From Gammaproteobacteria bacterium (GTDB lineage: Bacteria > Pseudomonadota > Gammaproteobacteria > UBA5335 > SLRW01), in assembly GCA_007130745.1 (NCBI GenBank), contig SLRW01000028.1:2334-34333 (forward strand): 32,000 bases of DNA, in the 5' to 3' direction. Positions 25,068 to 32,000 of this stretch are shown piece after piece. The position numbers and the translations under genes are program-made. Numbering within the stretch: the stretch's first letter is position 1; the number at the start of each line of letters is the position of its first letter. The notes beneath the pieces are model-generated. The model was not told the DNA's origin and searched no databases. It saw only the letters and a program-made list of their open reading frames with translations.

Positions 25068-25232
25068 AGCCTGGCGGAAACCGCCGGCGGTCAGACTGTC
25101 ACAACACCCCGGCACCCGCACGTCCTGATGCTGACTTGCCCGGCGACATAAAAAACCTTACCATTGGCGGCCTTTGCGAGCTGGTCAGGAAACCCTCCGG
25201 CGCCGATCAGTTATTCTTGAGGTAAGTCAACG

Positions 25233-25439
25233 ATGCAAGCGAATATCCATCCGGCCTACAACGAGGTCACTGTATCCTGCAGCTGCGGCAACAAGTTTAT
25301 GACCCGCTCCACCAGCGAGCAGGACATTCAGGTCGAAGTCTGCGCCAAGTGTCATCCGTTCTACACCGGCAAGCAGAAGATCGTCGACTCCGGCGGACGG
25401 GTAGACCGTTTCCGGCGCAAGTACGGCAACAAAAAATAA
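25233..25439 (+). CDS. rpmE: 50S ribosomal protein L31 (zinc-ribbon, C+ form)
   Basis: [22 protein letters not shown]...[30 protein letters not shown]. All four Cys are present. SD GAGGTAAG upstream. Confidence 0.95.
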   Translation: MQANIHPAYNEVTVSCSCGNKFMTRSTSEQDIQVEVCAKCHPFYTGKQKIVDSGGRVDRFRRKYGNKK

Positions 25440-25538
25440 GCTTTCCTGTAGCGGGCCAGCCCGGCCCTTGGTGCACCGGCATTACCCGCCGCTGCCCCGC
25501 AAGCTAGGCTGGCGTGTAATGCATACCCGGACCCCGTG

Positions 25539-26813
<1,275 letters not shown>

Positions 26814-26838
26814 CGTCCAGGTATTTCAGGAGAGACCC

Positions 26839-28137
26839 ATGGCTGAGAAAAAACTGATACTCAACGACCCGGATAGCGGCAAGAGCGCCGAGCTCCCCGT
26901 TCGCACCGGCACCACGGGCCCGGATGCCGCCGATATCAGCTCGCTTTACCGGGAACACGGCCTGTTCACCTATGATCCGGGCTTTGTTTCTACCGCCAGC
27001 TGTCGCAGCGACATCACCTTCATTGATGGCGACCAGGGTCTGCTGATGTACCGCGGCTATTCGATTGAAGAGCTGGCCCAGCACAGCACCTTCCTTGAAG
27101 TTGCCTATCTCAGCCTCTACGGCGAGCTGCCCAAAAAGACGCAGCTGGAGGAGTTCACTGACTCCATCCGTTACCACACAATGATTCACGAGGCGCTGAA
27201 GAGCTTTTTCCGTGGCTTCCATTACGACGCCCATCCCATGGCCATGATGACCGGCGTGGTGGGCTCGCTGTCGGCCTTCTATCACGACTCGCTGGATATT
27301 ACCGATGCGCGGGCACAGGAAATTTTTGCCCACCGCATGATTGCCAAGATGCCGACCATCGCGGCCTGCGCCTACAAACACTCCATCGGCCAGCCCTTTA
27401 TTTATCCGCGCAACGACCTGGCCTACTGCGAAAACTTCCTGCACATGCTGTTCGCGGTGCCGTGCGAGGAATACGAGGTCGACCCGGTGGCCGCTCAGGC
27501 CCTGGACATGCTGTTTATCCTGCATGCCGACCACGAGCAGAATGCCAGCACCTCCACCGTGCGTCTTGCGGGCAGTTCCGGCACCAACCCGTACGCGGCC
27601 ATGGCCGCCGGCATTGCCTGCCTTTGGGGGCCCGCCCATGGCGGTGCCAACGAGGCCGTGCTGAACATGCTGGAGGAAGTCGGCGACGTCAGCCAGATTC
27701 CGAAATACATCGAAAAGGCCAAGGACAAGAACGACCCCTTCCGCCTGATGGGCTTCGGCCACCGCGTCTACAAGAACTACGACCCGCGCGCCACCGTCAT
27801 CCGCGGCATGTGCCACAAGCTGCTCAAGCGCATGGGCAAGGAAAACGACCCGCTCTTCGAACTTGCACTGGAACTGGAGCAGCGCGCCCTCAATGACGAC
27901 TACTTCAAGGAAAAGAAGCTCTACCCCAACGTCGACTTCTATTCCGGCATCATCTACAAGGCCCTGGGTCTGCAGACCAACATGTTCACAGTGATGTTCG
28001 CCATCGCCCGTACTGTCGGCTGGGTCGCTCACTGGCAGGAAATGACCAACGATCCCGAACAGCGCATCGGCCGCCCGCGCCAGATCTACACCGGGCCGGC
28101 CCAACGTAAATATGTCCCGCTGAATAAGCGTGGTTAG
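26839..28137 (+). CDS. gltA: type II citrate synthase
   Basis: ATG 26839 with SD CAGGAGAGA; the track ORF start at 26701 overlaps the malic enzyme gene. [57 protein letters not shown] and [14 protein letters not shown]. Confidence 0.95.
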   Translation: MAEKKLILNDPDSGKSAELPVRTGTTGPDAADISSLYREHGLFTYDPGFVSTASCRSDITFIDGDQGLLMYRGYSIEELAQHSTFLEVAYLSLYGELPKKTQLEEFTDSIRYHTMIHEALKSFFRGFHYDAHPMAMMTGVVGSLSAFYHDSLDITDARAQEIFAHRMIAKMPTIAACAYKHSIGQPFIYPRNDLAYCENFLHMLFAVPCEEYEVDPVAAQALDMLFILHADHEQNASTSTVRLAGSSGTNPYAAMAAGIACLWGPAHGGANEAVLNMLEEVGDVSQIPKYIEKAKDKNDPFRLMGFGHRVYKNYDPRATVIRGMCHKLLKRMGKENDPLFELALELEQRALNDDYFKEKKLYPNVDFYSGIIYKALGLQTNMFTVMFAIARTVGWVAHWQEMTNDPEQRIGRPRQIYTGPAQRKYVPLNKRG

Positions 28138-28737
28138 GTTTTAAGTGATTACGTCGCGGGAAGGGCTGTTGCAGAACCGGGAACGCGTCACGCGCGCCGA
28201 TCGCTTGATTGATTTGCCGCGAAATTCGCGCGAGATAAAGGCGAAATAAAATATCCGCGCGGGCGTTTTATGTGCCCGGGGCCTTTCGGGATAGGTTTGT
28301 GATGTGGTCAAGCCGGATACAAGCCTGAACCATGAAGTTCATAAAGCGCATAAAAGGGCGCGGGGGATAAGCTGATATTTGATGCCGTCGTTCCCGCGCA
28401 GGCGGGGACCCAGGGGCTTCGGGGAGCTTCTGGATTCCCGCCTGCGCGGGAATGACGAGAAGCGCCAAATACCGGTTACCACTCAGTTAACTGAATCCCT
28501 CAAGCCACCAGGTATCCTCTCCCGCATTTTCAGCCACCCCCAACAATCATCCCTTGATCCGTTCGCGGTTTTATTTCGCGTTTATCTCGCGTCCATTTCG
28601 CGGCTATTTTTCTTTGCGGCTTTGCGTCTTGGCGTGAGACCTCCATTCATCAGCGTATCGGCGCGTGTCGCAGCTTTTCAGTTCTGCAACGCTCATTCCC
28701 GCGACGTAACCACTTAACCACCTAATCACTTAATCAC
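28130..28737. repeat. ~600-bp giant imperfect palindromic, MITE-like element filling the convergent gltA/hypothetical intergenic gap
   Basis: 28141-28177 vs the reverse complement of 28681-28717: 32/37 identical ungapped (TTAAGTGRTTACGTCGCGGGAA...GTTGCAGAAC). 28216-28251 vs the reverse complement of 28569-28604: 32/36 (GCCGCGAAAT...GCGAGATAAA.GCGAAATAAAA). The right arm has an extra ~40 nt. Ends carry GTGRTTA repeats. No intact ORF with host-like codon usage inside. Confidence 0.7.
28386..28457. repeat. nested REP-like double hairpin of the ATTCCCGCCTGCGCGGGAAT type
   Basis: CGTCGTTCCCGCGCAGGCGGGGA (28386-28408) and ATTCCCGCCTGCGCGGGAATGACG (28434-28457) are inverted copies (22/24). Each half contains its own TCCCGC-nnnn-GCGGGA stem. 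Translations give the recurrent ghost peptides VIPAQAGIQ and DSRLRGNDE. Confidence 0.75.
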
Positions 28738-29347
28738 GCCCAAGCAATTCCTGTACCTCGTTAAGACCCGCGCGTTGCATGGGGCGGCCATCGACGGGAC
28801 TCAGGGGCGCCTGACGCAGGCCGGTGAGCGGGAATACCGTCAGCTCTACGGGCACATCGCGCGCCATGAAACGAAACATCGGGAACTCGGCCGAGTCGCG
28901 CTCATTCACCCGCAAGCGGCGCAGATCGGATTCATGCGGGATATCGCGTTCAAGCAGGAACAGCACCACTTGCTCGGGTGTTTCGGCAAACAGGTGCAGA
29001 TTCACTACTGATGCGGTATCAGCAAGGCCACTGAGCACCGGCCCCACCAGGCGCGGCCGGAAATCGGCAAATACGGCCATGGCCTCAGCGGCGGTATCAC
29101 GCAGGCGGCTCAACGCCTGCGGCTGGCTGTCGCCCTGGAACAGCCGCTGGTATTCCGCCAGCGCCTGCTCAACTTCGATATTACGTGGCATATTGGGCGT
29201 ATTACGGCTGATGCCCAGGCTTTCCAGCGCCTTGTGCTTGGCCTGTCGGTAGTCGCGCATCCCGCCCTCGGCCATCAGACGCGCTGCGGTCTGGGCAATC
29301 AGGATACGCTGCCTGGAAGCTCGGCCTGCCGCTCTGTCACTACTCAT
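28730..29347 (-). CDS. conserved hypothetical protein (205 aa), function unknown
   Basis: ATG 29347 with SD GGTGGAG 7 nt upstream. The upstream part of track ORF 28730..29566 overlaps the mrcA 3' end out of frame. GC3-rich. LVGPVLSGLADTASVVNLHLF faintly resembles a degenerate Pol-beta-type nucleotidyltransferase motif (inference only). Confidence 0.65.
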   Translation of the reverse strand: MSSDRAAGRASRQRILIAQTAARLMAEGGMRDYRQAKHKALESLGISRNTPNMPRNIEVEQALAEYQRLFQGDSQPQALSRLRDTAAEAMAVFADFRPRLVGPVLSGLADTASVVNLHLFAETPEQVVLFLLERDIPHESDLRRLRVNERDSAEFPMFRFMARDVPVELTVFPLTGLRQAPLSPVDGRPMQRAGLNEVQELLGRD

Positions 29348-29387
29348 CTCGGGCTCCACCTGGTCATGCCTGCACAGGCCCCGGAGC

Positions 29388-32000
29388 TCAGAACAGATCC
29401 TCGAAGCTCCCGGGCTGGCGTTCTTCCCCTGGCTCACCGGAGTCTGATCGGCCCCTGTCACCATTATCCGACATCGGCGGCACCTGGTCCGCGGGGAAAA
29501 TCTCGAAAATAGCATCAGGATCGCCCGCCTGGGCGCGCAGCCCGGTATCCGGCGAAATGCGCACACTGACCATCCCCTCGGGACGTTCGCGTATCAGCTC
29601 CGGCTTGCCCGCCAGTGCCACGCGCATAAAGTCGATCCACACAGGTGCTGCCGCCACCGAGCCGGCTTCACCTGGTCCCAGTGACCGCGCCTGGTCAAAG
29701 CCGATCCAGGCAGTCGCCACCAGATTGTTGGCGTAGCCGCTGAACCAGGCATCGTGAAAATCATTGGTGGTGCCGGTCTTGCCGGCCAGGTCATTGCGCC
29801 GCAACTGCGCCACGCGACGGCCGGTGCCACTGCGAATCACCTCCTGCAGCATGCTGTCCATCACATAAGCGGTCTGCGGCTCCAGCACCCGTGGTGCCCG
29901 GGGCTGCAAGCTGAACAATTCAGCCGGCGCCCCCTCAAGGCCGTGATGCTCCTCCAGCTCTTCTCCGGCATGACGGCCATCATCACTCTCCTCGGCCTCC
30001 AGCAGCGTCTCATTGGCATCCGTCTCTGTCATCCCGGGCACCGGCATGGGACAGTCATCACAAGCAATCGCCGGCAAGTGTTGATAAACCACATGCCCAT
30101 CGGCATCCTCAATCCGGTCTATCAGCCAGGGGTCGACCAGATAACCACCATTGGCAAAGACGCCGTAGGCGCGGGTCAACTCCAGCGGAGTAACTGTCGA
30201 AGTGCCCAGCGACAATGAAAGATCCCGCGGCAGGCGCTCGGCCTCAAAGCCGAAACGATTGACATAATCCACGGTGTAGTTCACGCCCACCGCTCTCAGC
30301 AGACGTATGGACACGAGATTGCGCGACAACGCCAGCCCTTCACGTAAGCGCGTCGGACCAAAAAAACGCCCGCTGTAATTCTCCGGCCGCCAGGTGCTTT
30401 CCAGGGCATCATCCTCGAACACCACCGGCGCGTCCTGCACAATACTCGCCGCGGTATAATCGCGATCCAGTGCCGCACTATATAGGAAGGGTTTAAAAGC
30501 CGAACCCGACTGACGCAGAGCGGAAGTGGCGCGGTTGAAGTGACTGCGTGTGAAATCAAAACCGCCGGCCAGAGCAACAATACCGCCATTAACAGGATCA
30601 AGTGCTACCAGCGCACCGTCCACCAGAGGTTCCTGGGCGAGCATCCACTGACCCGTCTCGCGGGACACATACACCAGGTCACCCCGGGACAGCACATCCT
30701 CCGGCCCCTGCAACTGCGGGCCTCGCTGACGCTCGCTGATGTATTCCCTGGCCCATTCGATACCGCCCCAGTCAATCACCGCCGTGCCGTGCCCGCTGAT
30801 ATAGACTTCGACCTGACGCGCATAATCGGTTTCATCTTCGGCCTCGGCCACCTCATCCCCTGGCGCCAGCCCAACCTCCAGCACCACCGCCGGCCAGAGC
30901 GTGCTCCCAAGCACCCGCATATCCTCGAAATTCGCTTCCAGGCTTGCCTGCCAGGCCGTCAGCCGGTCCAGATAATCCTCGGCTTCTTCATCCCCGGGGC
31001 CTTCGGGCAGCTTGTCCACCTGACCACTGATGCCGCGATAACCCCGGCGCCTGTCATAAGCCAGCACCCCCCGGCGCAATGCCGCCTGGGCTGCATTCTG
31101 GGCCGTGCCGTCGAGACCGGTATACACCGTATAGCCGCGAGTATAGGTGGCCTCCTCACCAAAGCGTTCGATCATCTGCAGGCGCGCCATCTCCGCCGCA
31201 TGCGGCGCTTCCAGCTCGGCCACGCGCCGGTGCAGACGAGACTCCACCGGTTTTTGTCGAGCCAGCTGGTATTCTTCCTCGCTGATGAAATCCAGGTGAC
31301 GCATGCGCCCGAGGACATAATTTCGACGCTGCAATGCAGCTTCGGGGCTGGCCACAGGGTTCGATACCGACGGGCCCTTGGGCAACCCGGCCAGCACGGC
31401 GATCTCGTGCAACTCCAGTTCATCAAGCGGCTTGCCGAAATAGATTTGCGCGGCGCTGGCCACACCGTAGGCGCGATTGCCCATGAATATCTTGTTGAGG
31501 TAGAGCTCCAGAATCTGCTCTTTCTCAAGCGCGCGTTCAATACGCAGGGCGAGGAAAATTTCGTTGAGCTTGCGCCGGTAGGTTCGCTCGCGGGTTAAAA
31601 AGAAGTTGCGCGCTACCTGCATGGTAATGGTGCTGCCGCCCTGCTCACGCTGACGGGTCTGCAACAGATTGATGGTGGCCCGTAACAAGCCCTGATAATC
31701 CACCCCCGGGTGGTCAAAGAAACGGTCGTCCTCGGCGGCAAGAAAAGCCTGGACCAGCAAGTCGGGGAACTCGTCATAGGTCAGCGGCATGCGCCGCTGG
31801 GTGCCAAATTCGGCGATCAGCTCACCCTCAGCGCTCATCACCCTCAAAGGCGTCTGGTATTCCACATCACGCAGACCCTCGACATCGGGCAGACCCGGAG
31901 CCAGGTAGAGATAAACAGCAACCGTTGCCACCATAACGAGCGCGGTTAAGGCAAGAAAAGCAACAACTCCGATGCGGACAATGCGCGGAAAAAACGCCAT
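29388..32000 (-). CDS. mrcA: penicillin-binding protein 1A (bifunctional glycosyltransferase/transpeptidase)
   Basis: 870 aa. N-terminal TM helix; GT51 motifs AFLAAEDDRFFDHPGVD, GGSTITMQVARN and RKLNEIFLALRIE. Transpeptidase motifs SAFKPF (SxxK), SRN and KTGTTN. The ATG is the final triplet of the window, and the N-terminus is of typical PBP1A type (short cytoplasmic stretch then a TM helix). Confidence 0.95.
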   Translation of the reverse strand: MAFFPRIVRIGVVAFLALTALVMVATVAVYLYLAPGLPDVEGLRDVEYQTPLRVMSAEGELIAEFGTQRRMPLTYDEFPDLLVQAFLAAEDDRFFDHPGVDYQGLLRATINLLQTRQREQGGSTITMQVARNFFLTRERTYRRKLNEIFLALRIERALEKEQILELYLNKIFMGNRAYGVASAAQIYFGKPLDELELHEIAVLAGLPKGPSVSNPVASPEAALQRRNYVLGRMRHLDFISEEEYQLARQKPVESRLHRRVAELEAPHAAEMARLQMIERFGEEATYTRGYTVYTGLDGTAQNAAQAALRRGVLAYDRRRGYRGISGQVDKLPEGPGDEEAEDYLDRLTAWQASLEANFEDMRVLGSTLWPAVVLEVGLAPGDEVAEAEDETDYARQVEVYISGHGTAVIDWGGIEWAREYISERQRGPQLQGPEDVLSRGDLVYVSRETGQWMLAQEPLVDGALVALDPVNGGIVALAGGFDFTRSHFNRATSALRQSGSAFKPFLYSAALDRDYTAASIVQDAPVVFEDDALESTWRPENYSGRFFGPTRLREGLALSRNLVSIRLLRAVGVNYTVDYVNRFGFEAERLPRDLSLSLGTSTVTPLELTRAYGVFANGGYLVDPWLIDRIEDADGHVVYQHLPAIACDDCPMPVPGMTETDANETLLEAEESDDGRHAGEELEEHHGLEGAPAELFSLQPRAPRVLEPQTAYVMDSMLQEVIRSGTGRRVAQLRRNDLAGKTGTTNDFHDAWFSGYANNLVATAWIGFDQARSLGPGEAGSVAAAPVWIDFMRVALAGKPELIRERPEGMVSVRISPDTGLRAQAGDPDAIFEIFPADQVPPMSDNGDRGRSDSGEPGEERQPGSFEDLF

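Noticed and set aside
24833-25225. 130-aa ORF spanning the rpmE upstream island
   Set aside because: Third-codon positions are A/T-rich, unlike every confident gene here. It runs through the 13%-GC tract and the DnaA boxes, and has no motif or SD. Treated as non-coding.
24819-25232. Possibility that the DnaA-box/AT-rich island is the chromosomal origin oriC
   Set aside because: Only three boxes are recognisable, there are no repeated 13-mer-type unwinding elements or clustered GATC sites, and the neighbourhood (hemW, rpmE, malic enzyme) is not a known origin context. From memory, oriC in most gammaproteobacteria lies by dnaA or gidA. Kept as a DnaA-binding regulatory or titration candidate instead.
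28268-28717. 66-aa (minus) and 112-aa (plus) ORFs inside the palindromic element
   Set aside because: They translate the REP-like hairpin (VIPAQAGIQ, FPRRRGP, SRLRGNDE), which are well-known ghost peptides. They overlap each other on opposite strands and have atypical codon usage.
30540-31598. 352-aa plus-strand ORF
   Set aside because: Antisense shadow of mrcA.

Overview
GC-rich (by eye above 60% GC, strong GC3 codon bias) chromosomal core region of a gammaproteobacterium. There are about 35 densely packed housekeeping genes and no rRNA, tRNA, CRISPR, transposase, integrase or phage genes. Plus-strand blocks: mdh, CBS-pair protein, Nudix, KASIII-like synthase, small ORF, tatD, DUF4124, tal, GGDEF cyclase. 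Then two tandem MaoC hydratases and an epoxide-hydrolase-type alpha/beta hydrolase. Then rph, rdgB. Then hemW, CPXCG protein, rpmE, malic enzyme, gltA. Minus-strand blocks: photolyase (runs off the left edge); a PaaI thioesterase; a long spo-type operon (yicC, gmk, rpoZ, spoT, ridA, recG, ubiC, ubiA); a paraoxonase (PON)-like six-blade propeller gene inserted between rdgB and hemW; a conserved hypothetical; and mrcA (PBP1A), whose start codon is the last triplet of the window. I do not see a multi-gene novel system such as a defence island. The unusual signals are non-coding or single-gene. (1) A ~600-bp giant imperfect palindrome fills the gltA/hypothetical convergent gap. It has GTGRTTA repeat arrays that reach the stop codons of both flanking genes, and a nested ATTCCCGCCTGCGCGGGAAT-type hairpin. 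(2) A 414-bp non-coding island upstream of rpmE carries three same-orientation DnaA-box matches, a 14-bp perfect palindrome and a 38-nt tract of ~13% GC. (3) A bacterial PON-family gene retains the catalytic and calcium ligand positions I recall from mammalian PON1. (4) A perfect 19-bp-stem, 48-nt in-frame hairpin sits inside the photolyase linker. (5) A hot-dog-fold/epoxide-hydrolase cluster of unknown function. Many long ORFs in the track are antisense shadows typical of high-GC DNA and were rejected.
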